A program made the position numbers and the translations under genes. 64,000 nt of DNA from an uncultured delta proteobacterium (GTDB lineage Bacteria; Desulfobacterota; Binatia; HRBIN30; BPIQ01), in the NCBI GenBank assembly GCA_963761335.1, contig CAVXGR010000006.1:9465-73464 (forward strand), written 5' to 3'. Each line of letters begins with the position of its first letter. Position 1 is the stretch's first letter. Below the pieces are notes generated by a model. That model was not told where the DNA came from and did not search any database. It saw nothing but the letters and a program-made list of their open reading frames with translations. This document shows, in pieces, positions 49,597 to 59,451 of the stretch.

Positions 49597-50991
49597 GTGA
49601 CCAGCGCCTTCATCAATCTCGCCTATCTGCTCGCCTCCGTTCTCTTCATCATCGGCCTGAAGGGGCTCGGCCATCCGCGCACGGCGGTGCGCGGCAATCT
49701 CATCGGCGCCATCGGCATGTTGATCGCCATCTTGGTGACCCTGCTGGATCGGCAGATCCTCGGCTTCGGCGCCATCCTCGCCGGCATCGTCATCGGCTCG
49801 GCCGCCGGCGCCGTGCTGGCCCAGCGCATCGAGATGACCGCCATGCCGCAGATGGTGGCGCTGCTGAACGGCTTCGGCGGCGGCGCCTCGGTGCTGGTTG
49901 CCGGCGCCGCGCTCATCGAGGCGGTGGGCATCCCCGATCGCCCGGTGACCGCGCAGCTCACCATTGCCACGGCGGCTTGCGGGCTCATCGGCGCCGTGAC
50001 CTTCTGGGGCAGCCTGGTCGCCTTCGCCAAGCTGCAGGAGCTCATCTCCGGCAACCCGGTGGTGTTCGCCGGCCAGAAGCTGCTGAATGCGGTGCTGGCG
50101 GCGCTCACCGTGGCGCTCGGCATCGGGGTGGTGATGCAGCCCGAGAGCCAGCTCTTCTACTGGGCCCTGGTCGTGGTGTCGTCGGTGCTGGGCGTGCTGA
50201 TGGTGATTCCCATCGGCGGTGCCGACACGCCGGTGGTGATCGCGCTGCTCAACTCCTACTCTGGCCTCGCCGCCTGTGCCACCGGATTCGTGCTCAACAA
50301 CAACATGCTGATCATCGCCGGCTCTCTGGTCGGCGCCTCGGGGATCATCCTCTCGCAGATCATGTGCAAGGCCATGAACCGCTCCCTCGCCAACGTCCTC
50401 TTCGGCGGCGTCGGCGGGGTGGCGACCGGCGGCCCGAAAGCCGAGGACGTCTACGGAGGCCGCGTCAAGTCCACCTCCGCCGAGGAGATCGCCATGATCC
50501 TCGACAACGCCCAGCGGGTGATGATCGTCCCCGGCTACGGCCTCGCGGTCTCGCAGGCGCAGCACGCCGTTCGCGATCTCATGCACCTTCTCGAGTCGCG
50601 CGGCGTCGAGGTGCGTTTTGCGATTCACCCGGTCGCCGGCCGCATGCCGGGACACATGAACGTGCTGCTCGCCGAGGCCGACGTCGAGTACGACAAGCTG
50701 TTGACCATGGAGGAGGCCAATCCGCTGTTCGAGCAGACGGATGTGACCATCGTCATCGGCGCCAACGACGTGGTCAACCCCGTTGCCCGCGAGGACCAGC
50801 AGAGCCCGATTGCCGGCATGCCGATCCTCGACGTCGACAAATCGCGGACGGTGGTGGTGATCAAGCGCTCCCTCTCGCCCGGCTTCGCCGGCATCCCCAA
50901 CCCGCTGTTCGCCGCCGACAACACCCTCATGTTCTTCGCCGACGGCCGCAAGGCGGTCACCGAGCTGATCGCGGCGCTGAAGGACTCGTAG
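49597..50991 (+). CDS. pntB: NAD(P) transhydrogenase subunit beta
   Basis: MTAMPQMVA, LNSYSG, PGYG.A, HPVAGRMPGHMNV, GANDVVNP. Confidence 0.95.
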   Translation: MTSAFINLAYLLASVLFIIGLKGLGHPRTAVRGNLIGAIGMLIAILVTLLDRQILGFGAILAGIVIGSAAGAVLAQRIEMTAMPQMVALLNGFGGGASVLVAGAALIEAVGIPDRPVTAQLTIATAACGLIGAVTFWGSLVAFAKLQELISGNPVVFAGQKLLNAVLAALTVALGIGVVMQPESQLFYWALVVVSSVLGVLMVIPIGGADTPVVIALLNSYSGLAACATGFVLNNNMLIIAGSLVGASGIILSQIMCKAMNRSLANVLFGGVGGVATGGPKAEDVYGGRVKSTSAEEIAMILDNAQRVMIVPGYGLAVSQAQHAVRDLMHLLESRGVEVRFAIHPVAGRMPGHMNVLLAEADVEYDKLLTMEEANPLFEQTDVTIVIGANDVVNPVAREDQQSPIAGMPILDVDKSRTVVVIKRSLSPGFAGIPNPLFAADNTLMFFADGRKAVTELIAALKDS

Positions 50992-51029
50992 ATGCGGCGA
51001 CGCGGCGAGGCGCCGCGTCGCCGCGCCCA

Positions 51030-51086
51030 GTAGAAGCGCCGTCCCGGCGCTTCCGAAGCGGCGAGACGGCGAGACGCCGCTTCTAC
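51030..51086. repeat. GTAG-type REP element, family B, with an internal 8-bp duplication
   Basis: GTAGAAGCG...GGCGAGAC GGCGAGAC GCCGCTTCTAC. Confidence 0.85.
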
Positions 51087-51332
51087 TGGGGGCCGTGGCG
51101 GCTCGTCCTGCGATCTGACCAGGCGCCGCCGGACAAAATTCGCCACCCTCCGTCATCGGATTGCGCGGCGCCGGGGGGAACGCATCGCTGCCACCGGCGA
51201 TCCGCCGCGGAACATCGATTGCTCCAAGCGGCGCGGGTAACCTAAAATCGATCGCGTGCCATGCCGCCAGCGGGCAAAAAGGGGCAGCGGCGGTGCGCGC
51301 GTCCGGGGGAGAGATGATGCGAGCCATACGCA

Positions 51333-51516
51333 GATGTCGAACGACGATATCGTCGTCTGCGATTACTACAACCTCAACAACAATGGCTTCGGTGCCCTCT
51401 ATCGGATGCCCCTGCATCCGCCGGCGGGGACGCCGGCGTTCTACAGCGCCTTCAACGCGCCTCAGGCGTTTCACTTCGCCAAGAAGGCGGGCCGTCGCTC
51501 CCAAACGAACGCTTGA
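51333..51516 (+). other. Orphan coding-like fragment MSNDDIVVCDYYNLNNNGFGALYRMP...
   Basis: Protein-like composition and GC3-rich codons over about 50 codons, with no convincing start. Confidence 0.4.
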
Positions 51517-51564
51517 TCGCAGCGCGCTACTTGGGCTAGTTCGTGCAGGTTCCGAGCTTGCCTC

Positions 51565-52341
51565 ATGGCCGATCCACTGCATCTGTTGCTCATCGAGGAC
51601 TCCGAGGATGACGCCTTTCTCATCCTGCGCGAGCTGCGCCAGGGAGGCTATGAGCCGTCTTCCACGCGCGTCGATACGTCGGCGGCCCTGGGTGAAGCGC
51701 TGCAAGCCCCCCGGGCGTGGGATCTGATCACCTGCGACTACGTGATGCCCCGATTTACTGCGGAAGGGGCGATCTCACAGATCCGCAGCGCCGGTATCGA
51801 TACGCCGGTGATCGTCGTCTCCGGTGGCGTGGCGGAAGAGGTCGCCATCGACTGCCTGCGACTGGGCGCGCAGGACTTCGTGAGCAAGCAACGCCTCACG
51901 CGTCTGGTTCCCGCCGTTCGGCGCGAGCTGAGCGATGCCGAGCAGCGGCGTGCGCGGCGCCGGGCCGAGGACATGGCGTACTTCCAGGCGCGGCTGCTCG
52001 ACGAGGTCGGCGAGGCGGTGATCGCCACGGACCCGAGCGGCAAGATTCTCTACTGGAATCGCGCCGCCGAGAGGCTCTACGGATGGAAGGCCACCGAGGT
52101 GCTCGGCTGCGATATCGTCCAGGTCGTTCCCTCCGAGCCGTCCAGAGGGGCGGCCGCCGAGATCATGGAGCATCTGCGCCGCGGCGAGAGGTGGACAGGC
52201 GAGCACCAGGTGCGGCGGCGCGACGGATCCGTCTTCGTTGCCCGCGTGACCGATGCTCCCGTCTTCGACGGCGATGGCGCCCTGGTCGCGGTGATCGGCA
52301 TCTCCTACGACGTCTCGGATTACCCGAGAGGAATGAGGTAG
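51565..52341 (+). CDS. Receiver + PAS protein with no output domain
   Basis: LLIEDSEDD, CDYVMP, VVSG, DFVSK, then PAS (YWNRAAERLYGW...EVLG). Confidence 0.85.
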   Translation: MADPLHLLLIEDSEDDAFLILRELRQGGYEPSSTRVDTSAALGEALQAPRAWDLITCDYVMPRFTAEGAISQIRSAGIDTPVIVVSGGVAEEVAIDCLRLGAQDFVSKQRLTRLVPAVRRELSDAEQRRARRRAEDMAYFQARLLDEVGEAVIATDPSGKILYWNRAAERLYGWKATEVLGCDIVQVVPSEPSRGAAAEIMEHLRRGERWTGEHQVRRRDGSVFVARVTDAPVFDGDGALVAVIGISYDVSDYPRGMR

Positions 52342-52359
52342 AAGCGCACGGGACAGCGC

Positions 52360-54567
52360 TCAGTGCTGCTTCTGGGTCGGCCGATTGCCCGTCGGGCCGC
52401 CCTCGGAGTGGCGATCCCTGGAGGGCGGCGGCGACGAGCCCTGCGGCTCGAACGCGGGGGCGCGCTGCGGGGCGCGTTGCTGCGGCTGCTGCATCTGTCG
52501 GGCCGGTGGCCGCTCGACTGGAGCCACGCGCCGTTGCACTCTCGGCGGCGGTGCGGCGTCGGCGGGCGCCGGCGGCGCTTCGCGGGCCGGCCGGCGCACC
52601 TCTGGCTGCGGCGCTTGGCGCGGCGGACGCTGCACGTCTGACGGTGGCGCCGGGGCAGCGGCCGGCGGCGCTTGGCGCGGCGGACGGCGCATGTCTGATG
52701 ACGGTGGCGCCGGGGCGGCGGCCGGTGGCGCCTGGCGCGCCGGCTCGGCGGCGCGCGGTTGCGGTTGCTCTCGGCGGACCTCAGGCGCGGGTGGCCGATG
52801 CGGCGATTCGCGGTTCATTTCACGGGCGGGTGGCCGCTGTGGCGCCTCGCGGTGCAGCTGATTCACCGGCGGCGGTTGCGACTGCTCTCGCGGCGCCGGG
52901 GCTGCCGGTGCCTGCGGATTCCGCTGCTGCTGCTGCGGCCTCTCGGCCGGCGAAGCCGGATTGCCGGACCGCGACCTCGCTGCCGGCGGCAGCTGTCGCA
53001 GCCGCGTCGGGGGCTGGGCTTCCGGGCGAGCGCCGGGCTCGCCGACGGCGGGGGCGGGACGCCGCCCACGCATCTCCTGGGATGACGGTGGTCGGACCAG
53101 GTGCGGCGCCGGACGTGGCGCCGCGCCCGCGGGGACGAGATTCGGCGGCCGGCGCGGCGGGCGAGTTGCCACCACCGGCCGGTTTCGCTCCGCCGGCCGC
53201 GGGTGCGCCACCTGCCCCGAGGTCGGCGGCCGAAAGGCAGAGGTCGGCACCGGCAGGCGGCCGTGAATCGGCGTCAGGTGCTGGGGCTCGATGTTCCGCA
53301 GGCGACCGCGCTCGACTCTCTCGCGGCCGAAGCGATCGCGCGGTATGCCGATGATGGCGCGCGGGTAGCGAATGTTCTCATAGTTGTGAATGTTGATGAT
53401 CGTGGTGTGCCGCGGTCCGCCCCAACCGCCCCACCAGGGATGGCCGACGAAACGCGGCGGCCCCCACCACGGCAGCACCGGCTCGCCCCAGCCGAGGGCG
53501 ATCCAGCCGATGTCCGGACCGCGGATGCCGACACCGACGCTCACACCGCCGCCGCCGAAGAAGGCGACCAGCGCCGGCGCATAGTACGGTCGCGCCACGA
53601 TCGGTCCAGGGGCCCAGCACCATCGATTGCGCACGTGCACCCAGCGGCCGTAGTGGTAGGGGGCCCAGCCCCACGGGGCGTCGTCGACCCAGGTCCAACC
53701 GTAGTCCGGGTCGGGTACCCAGATCCCGGAGCTGTAGGGCGCCCAATCGGCGGGCTCGTCGTTGGGAAACCACACCGGGCCGTAGGTCGGCTCCGTCTGC
53801 CACTGGCCGTAGCGGTCGAGATCGTGGGCGCCGTACACGTCTCCGGCGACGTAGCGCGTGCCCGACGATGCCAGGAGGCTATCGGTGCGCGCGTAGTTCC
53901 AGCTGTCCCAGGCGTCCAGGTCGGGGGCGTTATAGGCGAGCACCTGCGGCTGCTCGACTCCCTCGACGACAACCCGCTGATTCGGGCCGATGCCCGAGGT
54001 CTCTCCCACCGCCGTGGTCAGGGCGGCGCTGCCGCCGCGCCGGCTGATGAAAATGGTGCGATCCTCGGTCACGTCGATCCGGTAATAGCCGGTATGCTCG
54101 ACGGTGAAGGCGGCGTTCGGGGTGTCGAGCTCGACGGTGTGGCCGGGCTCCAAGGTCCGCAGGTCGAGCGCCGCGGTGCCGCCGGTCACCCGGAACTGGA
54201 GGAAATCGGGCTCCTGGTTCTCCAAGCCGATCTGCGTCTCGCTGCCGGCGCGGACGAAGGCGCGTGGACCGATCTGCAGCTCCAGATTGCCCCCCGAGCT
54301 GGTATAGAGCTCGTCGCCCGGAGCCAGCGGCAGGTTGGTCCGCGCGGCGCTCCAGTCTTCGTCGCCGGGGCGCCAGAAGCTGACCTCGCCGTTGATGAGG
54401 CTCAGGCGCGGCGGTGTGCGCGTGATACCGGCGTCGTCGGGCGGCTCGCCGGCGGCGAGGGCGCCGCTCGGCAGGGCGCTCGCTAGGACAAAGGCGAGCA
54501 GGGGGGCGATGAAATGAAGCAGTCGAGCCCAGGAACGAGGGCGAGACCGCCGAGGCGTGTTTTTCAT
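52360..54567 (-). CDS. FecR-like/DUF6600-like secreted protein with a Pro/Arg-rich tail
   Basis: RLSLINGEVSF, DTPNAAF, YG.W...YG.VW.P, WTWV...PWGWAPYHYGRW. Confidence 0.8.
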   Translation of the reverse strand: MKNTPRRSRPRSWARLLHFIAPLLAFVLASALPSGALAAGEPPDDAGITRTPPRLSLINGEVSFWRPGDEDWSAARTNLPLAPGDELYTSSGGNLELQIGPRAFVRAGSETQIGLENQEPDFLQFRVTGGTAALDLRTLEPGHTVELDTPNAAFTVEHTGYYRIDVTEDRTIFISRRGGSAALTTAVGETSGIGPNQRVVVEGVEQPQVLAYNAPDLDAWDSWNYARTDSLLASSGTRYVAGDVYGAHDLDRYGQWQTEPTYGPVWFPNDEPADWAPYSSGIWVPDPDYGWTWVDDAPWGWAPYHYGRWVHVRNRWCWAPGPIVARPYYAPALVAFFGGGGVSVGVGIRGPDIGWIALGWGEPVLPWWGPPRFVGHPWWGGWGGPRHTTIINIHNYENIRYPRAIIGIPRDRFGRERVERGRLRNIEPQHLTPIHGRLPVPTSAFRPPTSGQVAHPRPAERNRPVVATRPPRRPPNLVPAGAAPRPAPHLVRPPSSQEMRGRRPAPAVGEPGARPEAQPPTRLRQLPPAARSRSGNPASPAERPQQQQRNPQAPAAPAPREQSQPPPVNQLHREAPQRPPAREMNRESPHRPPAPEVRREQPQPRAAEPARQAPPAAAPAPPSSDMRRPPRQAPPAAAPAPPSDVQRPPRQAPQPEVRRPAREAPPAPADAAPPPRVQRRVAPVERPPARQMQQPQQRAPQRAPAFEPQGSSPPPSRDRHSEGGPTGNRPTQKQH

Positions 54568-54736
54568 GATCGGCTCACGGGGCGGTCCGCAAAGGGGACC
54601 GCTGCATGCGGATACAAACGCGTCGGTGGCGGAAAAGTTGCCGGCATCTCCAGTTCCGGGTTTCCGGGCTTGCGAGCTTCGGCATTGCCAACTCGCCAAC
54701 TTGGCAACTCGATCGCTCGCCAACTCGGAAACCGGC

Positions 54737-55411
54737 TCATTTCGCCGCGATGGAAGAGAGGATCTCCGCCGCCTCGAGGCTTCCGACCTCGTCGACCAAA
54801 AGCTGCGCGCCGGCCGCCAGCAGCGCTTCCCGCGGCGTGGAGGTGAGCACGGCGACCGCCAGCATGCCGGCGCGCCGGGCGGCCTCGATGCCGTGTACCG
54901 AGTCTTCGACCACGGCGCAGGCGGCGGGGCGGATTCGCAGGCGAGCGGCGGCGGTGAGGAAGACTTCCGGGTCGGGCTTCCCCTCGCGGACGTCCTCGGC
55001 GCTGACCGTCACCTCGATGCGCCCGCCGATCCCGAGTGTCTCGATCAGCAGGGCGACGTTCTGGCGCGGCCCGCTCGAGGCCACGGCGCAGCGTGCGCCG
55101 GCTTTGGCGAGAGCCTCGAGCAGCTCGCCGACGCCGGCGTACCTGCGGATGTGTCCCTGGCGCACCAGGCTGCGATAGATCTCCTCCTTGCGCGCCCCGA
55201 GATCTTCGCTGCGCGCCGCCGAGACGCCACCGAGCCAAGCGGGGATGATGCTGGCGTTCCGCTGTCCGAAGGTGTGCGCGAAGAGCGCATCGCTGAAGGG
55301 AGTGCCGACCTCTTCGCCGAGCTGCCGCCAGGCGCTCCGGTGCGCCTCGGCGCTGTCGACCAGCACGCCGTCCATGTCGAAGATGACGCCGATGCCTTCC
55401 GCTGCTGTCAT
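54737..55411 (-). CDS. HAD family phosphatase (beta-PGM-like)
   Basis: FDMDGVLVDS, ASS, KPDPE, EDS..GIEAA. Confidence 0.92.
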   Translation of the reverse strand: MTAAEGIGVIFDMDGVLVDSAEAHRSAWRQLGEEVGTPFSDALFAHTFGQRNASIIPAWLGGVSAARSEDLGARKEEIYRSLVRQGHIRRYAGVGELLEALAKAGARCAVASSGPRQNVALLIETLGIGGRIEVTVSAEDVREGKPDPEVFLTAAARLRIRPAACAVVEDSVHGIEAARRAGMLAVAVLTSTPREALLAAGAQLLVDEVGSLEAAEILSSIAAK

Positions 55412-55539
55412 GGCTTCACCTGCGCGGATGTTAACGGAGGGACCCGGCAATTGCATCCGCAGGAGAAGTCGCTGCCGCCCGGTTGACGCTGCCCCGGCGA
55501 TCCCACTATAGACACTGCCTGTACTTGGAGGAGGAGAGC

Positions 55540-56562
55540 TTGTCCGTTCCCCATGCGCTGATGGCACTGCTGGCGCGCCGCGACATGCACGGCTACGAGC
55601 TGCGGCGCCAGCTGGAGGAGGAGCTGGGGCCCGATTGGCGCCTGGACTTCGGCCAGCTCTACCGCGCCCTCGCCTCGATGAGCCAGCGCCGCTGGGTGAC
55701 GGTGCGGCGCGAGAAGAGCGACAGCGGTGGGCCGCCGCGCAAGGTCTACCGCATCACCGCGCCCGGCCGCGCCGCTCTGCAGCGCTGGCTGGCGCAGCCG
55801 CTGCCGGCCCCCGAGCGGGCTCGCGACGGGCTCGGCGTCAAGCTGCGCTTCGGCGAAGGATTGATCGCCAGCGGCAGCGACGACGTCCTGCTCGATCTTC
55901 TCGGGCAGCAGCTGGCGCACGCGCATCCGCAGGCGCGCTTCTCCTGCAATCGCGTCGGCAGCCTCGGCGGGCTTCTGGCCCTGCGCGATCAGCGCGCTCA
56001 CCTCGCCGGAATCCATCTCCTCGACGCCGATTCGGGCCAGTACAACGTCCCCTTCGTGAAGCATCTGCTGCCCGAGGAGCCCGTCCTGTTGGTGAACCTG
56101 TCGGTGCGCGAGCAGGGTCTGATGCTGGCCCCCGGGAATCCGCGAGGCATTGGCGGCGTGCGCGACCTCGTGCGGGGCGGCATCCGCCTCGTCAATCGCC
56201 AGCCCGGGGCCGGCACGCGCCTGCTCCTGCACCACCAGCTGCGCCGCAACGGCATCGAGCCGCGCTCCGTCCGCGGCTACGAGCGCCAGTTGCCGACGCA
56301 TGCGGCGGTCGCCGCTGCCATCGCCGCCGGCAGCGCCGATGCCGGCCCCGGGATCCGCGCCGCCGCCGTGGCCTCGGGGCTCGACTTCCTGCCCCTCGGA
56401 GAGGAGCGCTACGATCTGGCGATCCCGCGCCGCCTCTACGACTCGCCGCGCCTCCGGCCACTGCTGGAGACCATTCACGGCGCCGCCTATCGACGTGCCG
56501 CCGCGGCAATCACCGGCTACGACCTCAGCCGCATGAGCGAGATCGTCGCCGACATCCACTGA
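55540..56562 (+). CDS. PadR-type wHTH fused to a molybdate/tungstate-binding PBP-like domain
   Basis: HGYEL...GQLY..L...RKVYRIT..GR, then SGSDD, GSLGGL, AGIHLLD, REQGL, NRQPGAGTR, EERYDL. GGAGGAG RBS before TTG. Confidence 0.85.
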   Translation: MSVPHALMALLARRDMHGYELRRQLEEELGPDWRLDFGQLYRALASMSQRRWVTVRREKSDSGGPPRKVYRITAPGRAALQRWLAQPLPAPERARDGLGVKLRFGEGLIASGSDDVLLDLLGQQLAHAHPQARFSCNRVGSLGGLLALRDQRAHLAGIHLLDADSGQYNVPFVKHLLPEEPVLLVNLSVREQGLMLAPGNPRGIGGVRDLVRGGIRLVNRQPGAGTRLLLHHQLRRNGIEPRSVRGYERQLPTHAAVAAAIAAGSADAGPGIRAAAVASGLDFLPLGEERYDLAIPRRLYDSPRLRPLLETIHGAAYRRAAAAITGYDLSRMSEIVADIH

Positions 56563-56575
56563 GCGGAGGAGTGAT

Positions 56576-57340
56576 GTGAACATGATTCCGACCCTGCTTC
56601 TCGGCCTCGACGACACCGACGTCCTCGGCCATCATCCCGGCACGGGGCGCCTGGCGCGCGATCTGGGCGCCCACCTCGAGAGCCGCGGGCTGGCGCGGCT
56701 CGGCGGCGTCGTCCGCCACCAGCTGCTGGTCGACCCCCGCATTCCCTACACCAGCCACAACAGCCCCGCCTGCCTGATGCTCGCTGCCGGTGGCAACGGC
56801 GCCGCCGGCCGCATCTTCGACGAGGCGAAGGAGTACGTCGCCGGCCGCGCCGCGCAGGGCTCCGATCCCGGGCTGTGCATGGCGCGGACGCACGACGTCG
56901 AGGCGGAGGTGGTGCGCTTCGGCGGTCGCGCCGGCAGCGAGGTCCTCGACAAGTCGGAGGCCATCGCCGTCGCCGGCCGTTGCGGCCTTCGGCTGGAGGA
57001 GCTCGGCGGCACCGGCGACGGCATCATCGGCGCACTGGCAGCGGTGGGCCTCACCGCCGGCGGCAATGCGGGGCGCTTCCTCGAGCTCGCGGGCGGCCTC
57101 CGCGATCTCGGCGATCTCGTCCCGGTGGCACTCTTGCACCAGCGGGGCATCACTCTGGTCTCCATCTCGCGCGACGGCGAGGCGGTGCCGGAGGACGCGG
57201 CGATCGCCGGTGGCGAGTGGATCCGTCCCCGCCTGATCGGCGGCCGGCCGGTGCTCCTGGTCGAGCACGGCGAGTCGGGCTGGCACTGCTTCGACCGCAA
57301 GAAGCGGCACGAGCACAGCGGCGGAGAGCCTACGGCGTGA
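56576..57340 (+). CDS. TiaS N-terminal-like (DDTD motif) protein of unknown function
   Basis: GLDDTD...GTG, RHQL...IPYTSHNS..C, SDPGLC, GDGIIGALAAVG. Confidence 0.6.
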   Translation: MNMIPTLLLGLDDTDVLGHHPGTGRLARDLGAHLESRGLARLGGVVRHQLLVDPRIPYTSHNSPACLMLAAGGNGAAGRIFDEAKEYVAGRAAQGSDPGLCMARTHDVEAEVVRFGGRAGSEVLDKSEAIAVAGRCGLRLEELGGTGDGIIGALAAVGLTAGGNAGRFLELAGGLRDLGDLVPVALLHQRGITLVSISRDGEAVPEDAAIAGGEWIRPRLIGGRPVLLVEHGESGWHCFDRKKRHEHSGGEPTA

Positions 57341-58746
57341 AGCAGCCGCTGGCATGCACCCTGGAGCGGGCCTCGTTCCGCTACGCCGGAAGGCGGAAGC
57401 CCGTGGGTCCGTTCGACCTCGCCGTGTCGGCGGGGGAATTTCACCTGATCTCCGGTCGCTCCGGCTCCGGCAAGAGCACCATGGCGCGCCTTCTCTGCGG
57501 CGCCATCCCCCACCTCTATCGCGGCGAGCTGCGCGGGCGAGTCGAGATCGACGGTCAGGAGGGTGCAGCGCTGCCGCTGTGGCAGCTCGCCGAGCGCGTC
57601 GGTCTCATCGGCCAGAACCCCGCCGCTCAGCTTCTGGCTTCGACGGTGGAAGGGGAGATCGTCTTTGGCCTGGAGAACCTGGGCATCCGCGCCGCGGAGC
57701 TGGAGCGGCGACTGGCGGAGGCGGTGACCCGCTTCGAGCTCGCCGATCTGCTGTCGCGGGATCCGCGCCGCCTGAGCGGCGGCGAGCAGCAGCGAGTGGT
57801 GATCGCCGCTATCGCGGCGCGCCACCCCCAACTGATGATCGCCGATGAGCCGCTGTCCATGCTCGATGCACCCGCCGCCGCGTCCGTGGTGGAATCTCTC
57901 GCGCAGCTCTCGCGCGGCGGTGCCGCCGTGGTCGTCTTCGAGCACCGGCGCCGGGCCTTCGCGGACGTCGCCGCGCGCCGGGAGCGGCATCTCGCCGCTG
58001 ACGAGATGCCCGACGCCGCGGTCCCGGCGCTGTCGCATTCCGTGTCCGATGTCCGTGTCGAGGTCCGCGGCCTCTGCGTCGACCGCGGCCGGCCGGCGGC
58101 GCTCGCCGACGTCGATCTCTCCTGGCGCGGCGGGCGCGTGGTTGCGGTGACCGGCGAGAACGGCGCCGGCAAGACGACCTTGCTGCGCGCCCTTGCCGGG
58201 CTCGAGCGGCACCGCGGACGCATCTCGATCGACTCGTCTGCGCCGGCGGTGAACGGGCGCATCGGCCTGTGCTTTCAGAACCCCGACCGCCAGCTGTTCA
58301 ACGCCACCGTCCGCGAAGAGATCCTCTGCGGCCTGCGCCATCCCGACATGCGACTCTACGGCGACATTCTCTCCCTCCTCGGCCTCGCGGCCTACGAGCA
58401 CGCGCCGCCTCTGCTCCTCAGCGAGGGGGAGAAGAAACGCCTCGGGCTGGCCATATTGCTGATGCGGCCCGGTCTCGCGGGCATCTGCATCGACGAGCCG
58501 ACGCTGGGACAGGACGAGCACAACCGCGGCGTGCTCGGCCGCATCGTCCGCCGACTCGCCGCCGCCGGCTATCTCTGCGTGGTTGCCACTCACGACTGCG
58601 AATGGGCCAACGCCTGGTGTGACGAGGCGCTGGTGCTGTCGGGCGGGCGCGTCGTCGCCGCGGGCGCGCCGCAAGATGTTCTCGTGCCGCCGCTGCGGGA
58701 TTCGGCGAGAGAGGGCGAAGCGCCGTGCCGCGCCGCAAGCCGCTGA
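57337..58746 (+). CDS. ECF transporter double ATPase
   Basis: GRSGSGKST, QNP, LSGGEQQR; second domain GENGAGKTT, QNPD, LSEGEKKR, DEPT. Confidence 0.9.
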   Translation: MKQPLACTLERASFRYAGRRKPVGPFDLAVSAGEFHLISGRSGSGKSTMARLLCGAIPHLYRGELRGRVEIDGQEGAALPLWQLAERVGLIGQNPAAQLLASTVEGEIVFGLENLGIRAAELERRLAEAVTRFELADLLSRDPRRLSGGEQQRVVIAAIAARHPQLMIADEPLSMLDAPAAASVVESLAQLSRGGAAVVVFEHRRRAFADVAARRERHLAADEMPDAAVPALSHSVSDVRVEVRGLCVDRGRPAALADVDLSWRGGRVVAVTGENGAGKTTLLRALAGLERHRGRISIDSSAPAVNGRIGLCFQNPDRQLFNATVREEILCGLRHPDMRLYGDILSLLGLAAYEHAPPLLLSEGEKKRLGLAILLMRPGLAGICIDEPTLGQDEHNRGVLGRIVRRLAAAGYLCVVATHDCEWANAWCDEALVLSGGRVVAAGAPQDVLVPPLRDSAREGEAPCRAASR

Positions 58747-59435
58747 CTCTCGCCGGGGATTCCTTCCTGCGCTCCGTCGACGCGCGCAGCAAGCTGGCGC
58801 TGGCGCTGGCGGGATCGCTGGCGGCGATGCTGCCGCTCTGGCCGCTGGCGGCCTGTTGCGCAGGCTTCTCGGCGCTGGCCCTGGCTGCCGGCCTGGGCGG
58901 TCACCTGGCGGGATATCTGCGCCGACTTGCCATTTTTCTGGTGGCGCTCTTCGCTTTCGACTATCTCGCCGTCGGCTTCGACTTCGCGGTGTTGATCGCT
59001 ATGCGTCTGCTGCTCCTGGTCACCGCCTTCTCGCTGCTCTTCGCGACCACCACCGCCGACGAGCTGAAGCTGGCACTCGAGCAGCTGGGTGTTCCCGGGC
59101 GTCTCGCCTTCACCTTCGCCACCGCCTACGCCTCCCTGGGGCTGCTGCAATCGGAATGGGAGGGCATCCTCGAGGCGCAGCGTGCGCGCGGACTCTTCGG
59201 TGCCGAGACCTCGAGCTCGCGGTGGCGCCTGCGCCTCGGCAGTGGCGTGGCGCTGCTGGTTCCGGCCGTGGTGCTGGCGACGCAGCGGGCTTGGACGCTG
59301 AGCGAGTCGGCGGCCTTGCGCGGCCTCGAGTCGCCGCGTCGCCGCCGCCGTAGCTCGCCGCGGCTGGGCGGGCGCGACGTCCTGCTCCTTGGTCTCGCCG
59401 GGGGACTGGTCGTGGTGCTGCTGGTGGCGGTGTGA
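58725..59435 (+). CDS. ecfT: ECF transporter T component
   Basis: DARSKL, ATT...L..AL, EAQRARG, ALRG. Confidence 0.88.
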   Translation: MPRRKPLTLAGDSFLRSVDARSKLALALAGSLAAMLPLWPLAACCAGFSALALAAGLGGHLAGYLRRLAIFLVALFAFDYLAVGFDFAVLIAMRLLLLVTAFSLLFATTTADELKLALEQLGVPGRLAFTFATAYASLGLLQSEWEGILEAQRARGLFGAETSSSRWRLRLGSGVALLVPAVVLATQRAWTLSESAALRGLESPRRRRRSSPRLGGRDVLLLGLAGGLVVVLLVAV

Positions 59436-59451
59436 TCTCGGCCGGGCGACG

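Noticed and set aside
54685..54735. Degenerate 8-bp repeats (CTCGCCAA-like) between genes
   Set aside because: Too short and irregular to assign a function.
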